Positions 51,801-64,000 of a DNA stretch of 64,000 nucleotides are shown piece after piece; within the stretch, counting starts at the first letter, position 1; each line of letters starts with the position of its first letter. The notes under the pieces are model-generated. The model was not told the DNA's origin, ran no database searches, and saw only the letters and a list, made by a program, of their open reading frames with translations. Source of the DNA: Camelus dromedarius (Eukaryota); NCBI RefSeq assembly GCF_036321535.1, contig NC_087437.1:83392001-83456000 (forward strand), written 5' to 3'. A program made the translations under genes and the position numbers.

Positions 51801-52248
51801 AACATCCATACTGCTCTATATTATCTTCAGGAGATGGTTTGAAGTAAAAATAAAGAACAAGGTATGTTACCAACATCATGTGAAGTAGAGTAGAGTTTTT
51901 ACGTAGTCTTCTCTGAAAGGGCTAAATTTGAACTGAACTCCAAGTTCCTTGACTGGAATCTGCCCGGCAGCTTTCAGGTGATGGTGGGAGGCAGAAAGCA
52001 CAACACTCTGGGAAAGGACTAAACAGTTGACTGACTGGTTTGGCTCCAGTCTTGTTTCTGCTACTTCCTAGCTGTGTGACCTTGTGCACTTACTTAACCT
52101 CTCCTGACTCACTTTCCTAAACTGTAAAGTGGAGTTTGTGGTGAGGAGTCTATGAAACACCTAGCATGGTGCCAGAAAGCAGAAGAATTCAGTTCAAGCC
52201 TTGCTATGGTTACCGGGAAAAGGAAAGTAAGAATTACCTTGGTTCTTA

Positions 52249-52708
52249 GTCACCCGAAAAAAATTTTCTTTTGACAAGAGACAGAAAATGTGATATAAGC
52301 AAGATTTTTATTAGTGAAGTAAAAAAAATAGCAAAAGATCTACATTCCAGAGAATTGGGAGCAGGCCAAATCAAGAGAGGAAACATGGCGCCATTCCTTT
52401 GTTTTTCCTGTTTTCATATCCTGGTTTCATGATTGATTGATTGATTGATTGACAACTCAGGTTCCCTGTGCTCTGTTACACCCATCCCGTTTTGGGCAGG
52501 TTTATCGGGTCAAGTTATACCAGGTCCCCTCCCATGCGCAGCTGCAGTGCTTTGATTTTAACTGGCTTCTTTTACTGGCCCTTATTTAGAGAAAGTAAAA
52601 ATGTCTGGAGTCCCTTTTCCTGAATGCAGACACTGCCATTTTCTGGGTTGTTCCTTTCCCCTTCTTCTCCTCCTGCCCAGTGTTCATTTCTATCTCAACT
52701 ACCTAACA
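52249..52708 (-). mobile_element. Probable ERV solo LTR ~0.7 kb upstream of the RIOX2 CpG island; contains (GATT)5 at 52431-52450
   Basis: Minus strand starts tgttaggtag; tttatt (minus-strand AATAAA) near 52307; family not identified. Confidence 0.55.
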
Positions 52709-53399
52709 CTATTACTGTTACTTTAGACAAGTGTCAGATAAAGGTATGTATACTTCGTTTCCATTTGCTCACGTGTCACTTAACCATCAGATACAGCTGC
52801 TGGTCTCAATCATGTTAACAGAATGAAAAGACGTCTTTCCTCTGTGCCCTCTTTGGCTGTCAACAGAACAAAGAAGGGCACAGGCCAGGGCAGAGGTGAG
52901 TAACTGACTCCCTTCCACTGGTCCCAACTTCTCAACCTCTAAGTCCTGATGAGTCAAAAGGAGACAGTATTAGGCCGAAATTAGTCAAATCATTGCTTTT
53001 GTTCTTTGCTTCTACAGCCACAGTTGCAAGAATTTACAGTTTTCTTTTAAAACAGGATTCATTCTCTCTCCGGGAGCAACACATTTTACATTAAAGCTGT
53101 CTTAGTACAAAGCAGCACAGCGTAGCAGACAGCGTGTCTAAGAAAGTGATGGAGAACCTGGACCACTAGCTCCCTAAACCTGGGCAGCTCACCTCCCCTC
53201 TCCCGGCCTCAGGTTCTCATTCATTAAAGGAACATGGTTGTACTAGAATGCGTCCCCAGATTCTGAGCCTCCTTCCGCCGCAACTCAAAATACAACAACA
53301 AAATCCTCATTTATTTCCTTTTACACCGAAGAAGGAAATGTACTGGCGTGAGCCCTGACCGCACTCGGGACCCGAGTGCCGGAAGCACCCCCACCGCGG

Positions 53400-53526
53400 G
53401 CGGCCGGCGGCGCGGCCGGGAGGCGGGCACGGAGCAGGAGGGCCCGCCCCGAGCGTGCGCACATCGCCCCCAGCCCGCGCCCCGCCCCCGGCTCGGCTCG
53501 CACCCGCGCGCAACAGGCCGAGCCCG
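53400..53526 (+). other. RIOX2: Probable non-coding exon 1 of RIOX2 (start approximate)
   Basis: Strong donor ccg|GTGAGT at 53526/53527 inside the CpG island; TSS not determinable. Confidence 0.65.
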
Positions 53527-53879
53527 GTGAGTGGAGCGATCCCCGCCCGCTGCCCCGCGCCGCGGGTACCGGCGGTCGTGCTCATCCTCCGGGCGCCGAG
53601 GCGCTAGTGCGGGTGACGCAAGGTCGGGGTTGGGAGGGGGAGGACTTCAGGGCCGGCCCCCGGACTCGGGCCGGGAGCTTCGGTGCGGTCGGGCCCGGGC
53701 CGGCGGGCGCTGGTGGTTGCGGTATGGGGGACGCGCGCCGACGCGCTCCACTATCCCGGGGACGGGGACGCTGGACACGCCGGGTCTGGCGCCGCCGGGA
53801 TCCGGGACTAGGGTCGCGAATGGCCTGGGCGCCGAGCGTGTAGGTACGTGCTCGGCCTGTGGTCTGGAGACAGGACGAG

Positions 53880-53969
53880 CACGTGGAAAGTTTGGAGGCT
53901 TGGCATGGAGGGTGGTGCCCGCCTTCGCGCCGGCGCGGCGGGTTCTCCGGGAGCGCGGCCACCACGTGG
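53880..53969. promoter_or_regulatory. Two canonical Myc/Max E-boxes (CACGTG 53880-53885; CCACGTGG 53962-53969)
   Basis: Seen directly; consistent with RIOX2/MINA being an established Myc-induced gene. Confidence 0.75.
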
Positions 53970-56055
53970 GCGCCGCACCTGGGCGGCAGGTGGGGCCTAA
54001 GAGCCGGGCTTTACTGCTGGGAAACCTGAAGTGCGGGCTTCGGAAGCTGCGTCTCTCCCACCACACCCTGACTTTAAAATTACAGCCTACCCCTCCGCTT
54101 CATTCATGGGTCACCGAATGTGCCTAGGACGGCTGCCCGACTGTTGGCGTCCATCGGGTTAATTAGACCAGGTTGGTCACTGTGTTTTCAGGACGTACAG
54201 GCCTGGGAATCGCAGGCTCTGATTACTTCACTGACAAGCTGTAAATCCAGCGCCAGGCCTTTCGTTTCACCGGTCTCATCTTTAAGTGGAAGAGCCTGAT
54301 TTACCCAGCTTCTTCCACCATCGGCTTGGATAGTTTTGCCTCTCTGCCCTCCTCCTTTGTAACCTCATGGTTACTAAAATACATTAATGAGATATGACGC
54401 ATTCTTCCTAAAACAGAACCAAAAACATAAGTACCAATCACAGCTTTAAGTCAATAGGAGAACCACTTTCCCCTCCCTGACTTGATAAACTTTAACGTGG
54501 GCCTAAGAGAAATGTTTTAGGTGGTTACTTTTTTTTTTTAACTTCTTTTTTTCCTTCCTCTCCTCCTCCTTTTTTTTTTTTTTTTTTTTGATACTGTGTT
54601 ACTGCAGATTTCTGGGCCCTAGCTACCAGAATTGCTAATCCAGTAGGCTTGATATGGGGCCCAGAAATTTGCATGCTAACAAGCGTTCCTGGTCACTTGA
54701 CTACACTCTGTAAAACACAGCTCTGGAGATTATAAAGACACGCCTCCCTTCCCTGCTTGGTAATGACCACTGGTGGCTAAGAGGCCTCTCAGCTCTGACA
54801 GTACTTTTAAATACCCAGGCTACAGCTGCCATCCGAATAATCCCCACTGAACAAACCATCTGCCCCCCCCACTCTGTTTTGTGTAAGGCTTTTGAGATTT
54901 TTCTCTAAAATTGTATACAAAAGATGAAAGAGGGGGAAAAAGACTTTATTCAGCAAATGTTTATTGAGGACTTACATGCCATACTCTGTACTAGGCTCTG
55001 GGAATGTGCGGATAGCTGTCTTGTGTTAGGACTTCTCAGAGAAGAAGGTTCTCCATAGAGAAGAAGGTTGGGACACTTAAAAATATAAAGGCTTTATGTA
55101 TATTTGTTTGCTGTAGAATGGGTACCAGTACTGATTTTCTTGTGGAGTTTAATCCTTCAAAGTTGTTTACATTAGCTGGTGTTTTTTATCTGGGGGCAGT
55201 TAGTAAAATACGAACCTTGAATCTTTAGACTTTTTACATTTTAATGCTATAGTTAACTCAAAGTGGAAACAATTGCTTTTTAAAAACTTGCTCCCCCCCC
55301 CGCCCCCAGCTTTATAAAAATATTTACTCTTCTGTTTGGGTGGTCCGTGCGGTTTAGAGGCAGGCTTGTGTTGGCTGTACTTTTCTAGACAAAGCATTCC
55401 CTTGCTTAATTCTTGTATTTCTTAGATTCCAAGACACACTTTTTTTTTTTACATTTCTGAAATTGTGATGCAGCTTATTATTTTTGTATGTTTATTGTGG
55501 TGGGCTGTGTCCTGTGTTGTCCTCTCCACCTTCCAAAAGCTGTTAAAATGTTTGTCTTACAATATGGATAGAGTGAGAATCAGAGAAATAGTATGTTTAC
55601 CCAGTAACCTCTAAGCTTGGTTCCAATTAAGCCACAGATCATTTCAATATGAACATAAGCAGTAAATGATGTAACTTTTGGCAGTATAAGTACTGAAATT
55701 TATGTTCTAACAAAAGCATTTGTTATGCACTGTTGCGGTTTATTTTGTCAGTGATTGGAGATGGGAAAAAAGCGCCAAGTGATTTTATTTTTGGCTGAAG
55801 TATTTTGCACATTTTTTTTCACTCTTCCTGGTGAGTATGCTTATGCTGTTTTCATCTATTATGCTTAAAGAAAACAGGCCTTTTGTTTGCATCTTCCTGC
55901 TGCTCACATCCCTTAAATAAATTTTAACTGACAGGTTGTGAGGGATAAGAGATGTGTGGCTGAATATGAAATTACTTTTTCATTATAGGGTACCTTTAAT
56001 GATCCAAACCTTCTGAGCCAACCTAACAGTTTTTAAAAATTAAATGTGAGCAATG

Positions 56056-56415
56056 TGTCAGGGGGTCCCCAAGACAACCCCTAGGGTCGGTGATTTGCTA
56101 GGACTCACAGCTGATTTATTACAGCGAAAGAAGACCAAGTGCACAATTGCTGCAGCCGCTAATTCTGACAACGCATGTGAAGTGCCGCCAGCCAGGGAAG
56201 CTCATTAGACACTCAGTGCCCAGGGTTTTTACTGGGGGCTGATCAGGTAGGACCTTCTTGCCTGGCAGACATCAAAGTTCCTGACGCCCAGAAGGAATGC
56301 AGGTGATCTTCATAACCCCCATCGTTTGTAGAGTTGAGGCTCAGTGAGTTCCTATTATCAGTTTATGGCGGTGAGAACACTCTCGGCCACATGCTGGCGT
56401 TTCAAAGGATAACAA
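56056..56415 (-). mobile_element. MER21-family-like solo LTR in RIOX2 intron 1
   Basis: tgtcagggggtccccaagacaaccc...ggactcacag...actcagtgcccagggtttttactggggg. Confidence 0.7.
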
Positions 56416-56837
56416 GTAAATTTTCTGCATAAGCAGGGCTATTGACTGAATCTGTTTTCATCTTTTTGTATTTCTACATTTCTGGGTTCCAAGTTCTAGC
56501 AATATTTTGTCTCACTGAAGCCTTGATTCTTCAGTTGAGAAATCAAGCTGGTCTGTTTCACTGAAAAGGAATAGGAAGCATTTTCAGAAAATGTGCCTCA
56601 TTGATGATAAATCCTAAAGCACCAAATTTGTTTTTCCCCCTAAGTTTAAGGGAAAAAGCTTTTAAGCTTAAGCCCTTACCCATTCAAGGGAAGCTTTCAG
56701 AATCAGTTTGTATTAGTTTCCTGCCATGGTCCTGTGTTTCCCTACCAAAAGCACTTGGTCTTTTGAAGGAACTGAGCTATTTGTGGGTTCAAAATTTAGA
56801 AGCTAGAACGAGACTTCTAGAGAGTTTTATATATTTG

Positions 56838-57140
56838 TGCCCGCTTATCCGTGGAAGATAATGTGCCAAGACCCCTAGTGGATGCCTGAAACTGGATAGT
56901 ACTGAACTCTATATATAATAGAGTTTTTTCCTATTCATACATACCTACAATAAAGTTTAACTTATAAATTAGGCACAGTAAGAGAATATCTGAATTGCCA
57001 GCATCACTACTTCTGTGCTTTGAAGCCATTATTGAGTAAAACAAGGGTCACTTGCACACCATCTCTGCGATAACGTCGACAATCTGATAACCACGGCGGC
57101 CACTAAGTGACCATTGGGCTGGTTACGCTGGACAAAGGGA
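56838..57140. mobile_element. MER44/Tigger7-like MITE fragment
   Basis: ccaagacccctagtggatgcctgaaac...ataaattaggcacagtaagaga...gaattgccagcatcactact. Confidence 0.8.
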
Positions 57141-58051
57141 TCTTCTAAATTTATTTTCTAGATTTATTCTGAACTTAATCAATTCTAAATTTATATGTGA
57201 GTTGTCGTAAGTGTGACACGTTCTGCTGCCTGCTTCCCAGGCCAGACCATTCATTCTACTCAGTCCACAGTGTACCTGAAATACAGCTTAGTTATAATGA
57301 TAAAAGAGCAGAAAACTGTTCTTGCAATTCTGATAACCCCATAAAATAGAAGAGCATAACATTTATAAATAAGTTACTGGTCTCTGGGAAAAAGTGGTTT
57401 TCGTAAGCACAGTGGTTTTTAACCTTTTAAGGGGATGGGGACTCCTTTAAGAATCTGGTTAAAGCAGTGAATCCCCTCCACCCTAGCTTTCCTATGGGGA
57501 AAAAATGTACTGTAAAATAGAATTTTGCAGTTTCAGGAAATTCATATATTTTGAAGTACTGTTCTTGAAGTGTAGATGAAGGACACCTGTATTGTAAGTG
57601 TGACGGCAGTTGTGGTTTGGGGCAATTCTGAGAGACCTTTGGTAACACTTAGGAGGGTTGCTTCTCTTACAACTCAAGTGTGGTCTGTGGCCCAGAGGCA
57701 GCATCATTACCTGTGAGCTTGTTAGAGATGCAGACTCTCAAGCCCCACCTGACATCTAGGTGCCCAGGGGGATGTGTGTGCCTGTGAAAGCCAGAGGGAG
57801 GAGTGCTGTGTTAGAGGTTAATGATGTTGCTATTTGTTGTGTCTTATGTTAGTTAAAAAGTTACAACTTTTAAAAGGCTTGGGATATAACTATATTTACT
57901 CTTCATTTTTCAGCTCCTAATTAGTTTCTTGTTTTATTTTTTAATGGGAGGTTTCTGGTAAAGTGTCAATTTTTAGCAATAAGCTGAGGTTGGAAGTAAG
58001 GTGGCCCAGGTGCTTGAGGAAGACTTGGGAGCAAGCTACTTCTTGCTTCAG

Positions 58052-58065
58052 CCACCAGGTGGCAC
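58052..58065 (+). promoter_or_regulatory. CTCF motif CCACCAGGTGGCAC
   Basis: Exact match to the core consensus CCASYAGRKGGCRS. Confidence 0.62.
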
Positions 58066-58469
58066 CACTGGCCCCAGTGGCCTGGAAAGCAGCCCTTGGT
58101 AGTTCTAGGTCAAGTGTTTTTAACTCAGTGCATCTAATTAGAGTTGGGACCTGGTGCTGATTAAAGCCAAATATAAGATTTCGACTTTGCTTTGTCAATG
58201 GCCATAGGCTAAAACTGACTCGGAACTGCTGAGGCCATTGAATTGTTTAATTTGGGATAATTATACCTCCTAGTAAGTAATGCATTCTGTGACTTAGTGC
58301 TTGTGTACAGGAGAAACATGCTTTCCTTTCTGTGAATGTGATCTGAGTGGTGTTTGAGGCTGAGTCATATCTTGGAAGAAGTGGTGTTGGCTTCCTGCTG
58401 AATCTTATCCTGGAGGAAATGGCCTTGGCTGAGGAAGAGTCCGTGTGCTTGTTGTGTGTGCACTCCTGA

Positions 58470-59027
<558 letters not shown>

Positions 59028-62000
59028 TAACACTTGGCCGCTGATCAGCTCAGGGGTTTGATCATGATTAGCCTCCTGCCATCAGTTGAGTTTGAGAAGC
59101 GGTAGCACCTGTCTGGTCTTCAGATGCACTCCAGCTTCAGTGATTTGTGTTCCCTTTTGGCTAAACAGGATCTCTAACAGCTTGGGGTGGACATGGCTAC
59201 GTGTCACTGAGCTGCAAAAATTAAATTATATTGCAAGTTTATAAAGTTTGTTAAAGTGACATGACAGCTCCAGGAGCATCTCCGTGGGCTGGTGTATGTT
59301 TTGCTATATGGTAGGCATCTCTGGTTTGTCCCATCACTATGATTTAAGGCATGATAGCATCAAGGTGATCATTTTCTTCATGAAGTTGCCTCCCTCTGCT
59401 GCCTCCATTTGCCAAATCAGAGGCTTTGGAGCAGTGACCAGAACACATAGCAGCTGCATGTTGAAGAAAGAGACTTCACCCTTCTTAAGAGCCACCTGGC
59501 TCAGGGGCAGGGCCCTGGAACTGCTGCTGGGGGCAGTCATAGGTGGACGGTAGCTTTGATTTGCCAGTTGGAAAGACTGGCTAACTTTTCTTTATTCTCC
59601 ATCAGTGGTTGACATTTGAGGAATAATTTGCACCCCACCCTCCGCCCCGTGCTCATTTTTTGTGTTTGTAAAACGTAGACCTAGGATGAGCTAATCTGCT
59701 CTCACAGAGGTCTGAAATCTTTATGTGACAGGTAGCCCAGAGCAACTGAGGGCCTGTTCTTAGGTAAAAGTTTATGCCCCTTCAGAAATCCCCTTCTGTG
59801 ACCCGTGGCTGAATTGCCCCGTCAGCACGGGAGGAGGGGGAGAGCAGTGCGTGAAGTCCCACATCGAGGGGCTGGGTTCTGGCTGTGTGGCTCCCAGGGC
59901 CTTGTCACCAGCTACCAGGAATGCCTCTCATGACTGAATTCGAGGTGCCTTGTTAGATCCATTAGGCCTCACTCATCTCGTGAATGCCTTTCCCTTTTTT
60001 GTCCACGGCCTCCTGAACCTGTTTGTACTCTTGCATAAAGTAAAAGTATTCTGAAACTTTTCAGTACAAGTCCTCACTCCAGATATTCCATCTCATGCAG
60101 CCCTGAGCAGTTGAAATGCCCCTGCAATGCCAGCCTTTTGGCCCTAGCACCCAAAAGGAATTTATGAATCACTTGCCAGACCAAGTGGTGATTTGCATTC
60201 AGAAAATATGGACAACAGGGTACTTCGCTCTGAGCTAGTCTTTGACTCTACTTGGCTAGAATCAGTACTTTTTTTTTTAAGAGTGGTTTTTCAACGCCTA
60301 AGAACTATGACTGGAAAAGACCGGTGGGGTTGATTACATGTAATTTGGTTGCAGACCAGCGGGAAGTTATTGTTTGGTGTGTGTGGGGGGGTCCTCTGCG
60401 GCTGTCGTTTCTGTGCTTCAGAATCATCCTGGGCTCTCTGCTCATCTGCTTAAGCGCTGCACATTCCTCCTCCCCAATTTCCAGTGGCCGAACGCATTCC
60501 CTGTGCCCTGTTGACTCAGCTCTTAGCCGTGTTCATTAAAGCAGGAAGGATGCACTGTCCCAGTCTCCAGTCCGCCCCCAGGCCAGACGAGAGTGCTTCC
60601 TGTTTGTTTTCTCTCTCCACCACCAGGACCTGAGAAACCTGTCAGCTGCAGGAGCTCACCCGCTTGCTGGGTTCTAAGTACTCTGTTATGTGGTGATTTC
60701 GTGTTGCGTGTGTGTGTTTACTAGTGGACGTAGCGCTCTCAGGATAGAGAAAGTCTGGAGCAGTTCCTCACTGGCCAGGGTGAGAGACTGTCAGAGTGAA
60801 CAGTCAGCCCTTTCTTTATCTGGTCCCAGAATGTGCACAGCTTATGCTAGTTAGTCTGGAAATGAACAACCTAGAGGTTGTTGCCCATCTGCTTTGTGTG
60901 ATCTGTATATCAAAAGTCCACTTGAATTTACCAAATACTTAACACGTGTGTTCACTGTCAGTCTTTGCAGCAGACATTTGAAATCATTAGAGCAGTCGCT
61001 GTGGTCTCCGTTGAAGTTCACAAATGGGACTTCGATAGCTACTAAGGAAGGACTTCTGACTCCAGATTTAGGGCATTTTCCTAACCATATGTTTAAAGAT
61101 GTTAACTGAGTTACAGTAGGGCTTTTGGCATGCTTGTTTTTGCTTTTCTTTAGGCATGAACATGGGCTTCTGGGCTTAGCCGTTGCATTCGGCTTTGATT
61201 CTGCTGGTAGGTCAGTGGAGAGAGGAGGTGCTCCTCCCTCGCTTTCCCATTGTCCTGGGGTCCTCCTTGGCATCTCCAGACATAGCTGGGAGACAGGAGT
61301 TAAAGGAGACAGATTTCAGTAGCCTTGTTTTTGCCTAAGTCAGCTCTGGTGAAACTGTAACATTTGTATACTGCTTTGCATTTTAGATAGGATCTGAGAT
61401 GAGTTTTATGCTGTTCCCCACCATCTTAGGCTGGGAGTCTTCACTTTTACAAACAGAGAAGGTGAAGTCACCTAGCTTGTAACTACAGCTTGGACTGACG
61501 TGGTTTGACTCCAGATCTCTTTCTAGTGGACCACACTTGCCAGATTCGGAAGCTAGAGGTCCGAGAGAAAAACTGTACAAAGGATAGGGTTTTCAGTAAC
61601 CTTTAAGAAGAAAAGAGACGTGTACGCCTCAATTCCAGACCCAGAAGCTTGAGTTAGGAGCCATAAAGGTCACTCAAGGTTCTGAGACACCACTAGGGCC
61701 ATCAGAGGAGGCTGGGGGTGGGGAGAGGGGAAGCAGGGAGAGAGAAGCTGGTTCCAGTTACTGTATAAATGGAATTACAGAGCCAGGTATCCATTAGGCT
61801 GCTTGGGAGATCTGCTAACTCTTTGGAGCTATTCAGATGCCATTAGATTATTATCCTTCCTGTGCTAAATAGAATCCCTGAGATGCAGAGTAGCCAGGTG
61901 GCCTATATAAAGATGTCTCGCAAAGCTTCTTTCATGCTGACCCAGGTCTTCCCCACTTGGTATTTGTAATACTGCAGATTTTTCTTTTCACTCCAGTGGC

Positions 62001-62904
62001 AGGATTGACTCCCAAGCCGTGGTCATTGGTTTCCTTAGCAAATATTTAAATACTTCAACGTCTTCTGAGTGCCAGGCACTGGACATTCATATGCTTGAAA
62101 CGTGGGGCCCCACAGTGTTCTTTGTAGGTGACTCTTCTCTAAGACAGTCCCCTGGAGAGGCCGTGTGGAGTCGTGGCGAAGGTGTGGGCTCTGCAGCCAG
62201 GCTGCGTGGATTTGAATCCAAGAGAGAGTTGCTGGGAGAGGGGTAGAACTACAGTGTGAAGTAAAGCCCTCGGAGATAGTGTCTGGCCTGTGGGAAGTGC
62301 TGGCACCCACGTGGCCAGGTTGGGCCTCTCTGCTCCTCACCTGCCTTGGGAAGATCAGTTTCTCCCTCGCAGGGGTGGTGGCTCCTCTCTGGGTCAGGCC
62401 CTGGGGAGCTGACGAGGGCCGGAGGGAGGGAGCATGACTCACCTCCGAGCCCCCTTCTCCATCTGTACCCTCTTCCTAAGCTGTCATTTCTGCTCCCATT
62501 ACTCTAATACCAGTGCTGTGTGGGCTGGTCTCCAAGTGTAAATCCCAGCCCTTACAGCTTGCCGGAACTTCAGACTTCGCCAGCCAGAGGCTTCCTTAAA
62601 AATGTCTCCACATGGGGGTCTTAGCAGCTCAGACTTAACATTTCTGAGGTACAGCTTTTCTGTTTTCTCCCTGAAAACTTGTTCTTTAGCAAATCTCCCA
62701 TTTCAGTGGAACTAGGAGCTAACCAACTGCCTCAGTCAAAAGCCCAAGAGTATTTGTCTGTCCCCTCTCACACCCCTTTGTAGCTGGGCCATCAGGGGTC
62801 CTGTCAGTGCTGCTTCTAGAGCACATCTCAGCATTGCTGCTCATCTCTCCTGTAATCAAGCAGACCCCTCCCCCACATCCTCTGCTGTAGCTCCTCTCTG
62901 AATT

Positions 62905-63320
62905 ACCCAGATAACAGTATCGGATGCACATTTCCTGAGTTGTTTTGCAGATGCTAAAACCACCACCAAATGGGAGAAGTTAACTACTTGATAATCATGG
63001 GCACATAACCCCCAGACCTACTGGCACCTAAAGATTAATACTGTTAACCCCTGTGACACCGCCCTGTTACCTCACCATCGCCCATCACAGAATTGTGCAC
63101 CAGCTGATCACATACCCTGGGACTGCCCACGTCACCTTTAAGAATGCTTTGCTGAAACCCTTCAGGGAGTCGGGGTTTTAGAGCAGGAACCACCCATACT
63201 CCTTGTATTAGCGCCTTTGTAGTAAACCCTATGCTTTCCTTCACCACCACTCGGTGCCAGTAGATTGGCTTTACTGCGCATGTGCGGGCAGCGGGCAGAC
63301 CCAAGTTTGGTTCAGTGACA
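62905..63320 (+). mobile_element. Cetartiodactyl-type ERV solo LTR inserted in L2-like sequence, RIOX2 intron 2
   Basis: gttacctcaccatc...cagctgatcacataccctg...cctttaagaatgctttgctgaaaccc...tttggttcagtgaca end; 5' boundary approximate. Confidence 0.7.
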
Positions 63321-63640
63321 CCACCACTCTGGTCACTTCCCCCTTACGCTGCTGCCTTAGTAGCTTCCTGATTGCCCTCTCTCACTTTTCTACCATCCAT
63401 TCTCCACACCGTAGCCGGAGGGAACTCTTATAAACGAGAATTGGGCCATATCTTTGTCCTGTTTAAAATCCTTCGTGACTCCCTGTTGCCTGCCTCGCAG
63501 TTGCCTTGTTTATCTGCCACCTCTTCTCTGCTGTGCTGCGCTGCACGGAAGGGTCCTGAGGGCAGAGGTGCTGGCTCGGTCACGGCTGAATTCCCGGTGT
63601 CTGGAACATAGCAGCTGTGCATTAAAGACTTGCTGAGTAA

Positions 63641-63982
<342 letters not shown>

Positions 63983-64000
63983 TGAGGGGCCAAAATTAAT

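Larger units (their letters stand above)
53340..54200. promoter_or_regulatory. RIOX2: CpG island / RIOX2 promoter
   Basis: Abrupt, very GC- and CpG-rich block. GC boxes (~53475-53488), ETS core CCGGAAG (53379-53385), NRF1-like GCGTGCGCA (~53453), E-boxes; ~5 kb upstream of the first RIOX2 coding exon. Confidence 0.92.

Noticed and set aside
53307..54127. Multiple long Arg/Gly/Pro/Ala-rich ORFs
   Set aside because: Stop-codon depletion typical of a CpG island.

Overview
Mammalian genomic DNA, most likely a camelid, judging by a Vic-1-type tRNA SINE and camelid-style L1 3' tails (recognised from memory, not by search). Two genes lie in tandem on the + strand, as at human 3q11.2. (1) GABRR3 (GABA-A receptor rho3): eight coding exons from 5850 to the stop at 40769, all with GT-AG junctions and a continuous frame (1282 coding nt). 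I did not find the signal-peptide exon, which is presumably upstream of the window. (2) The 5' part of RIOX2/MINA53 (JmjC ribosomal oxygenase): CpG-island promoter with Myc E-boxes, a non-coding exon 1, coding exon 2 (ATG at 58551) and exon 3 (HxD iron-binding motif). The rest is intron or intergenic DNA full of MIR/L2/L1 fragments, solo LTRs and hAT/Tigger MITEs, and most ORFs in the supplied track are spurious. I see no clearly new multi-gene system. The most unusual unexplained feature is a ~210-nt element in a GABRR3 intron (33016-33227): a perfect 15-bp inverted repeat encloses an 11-bp stem and three further hairpins, inside a cluster of TGACA motifs. Also notable are amino-acid changes at normally conserved rho-subunit positions. 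Repeat family names and human protein comparisons are from recall and need RepeatMasker/BLAST confirmation.
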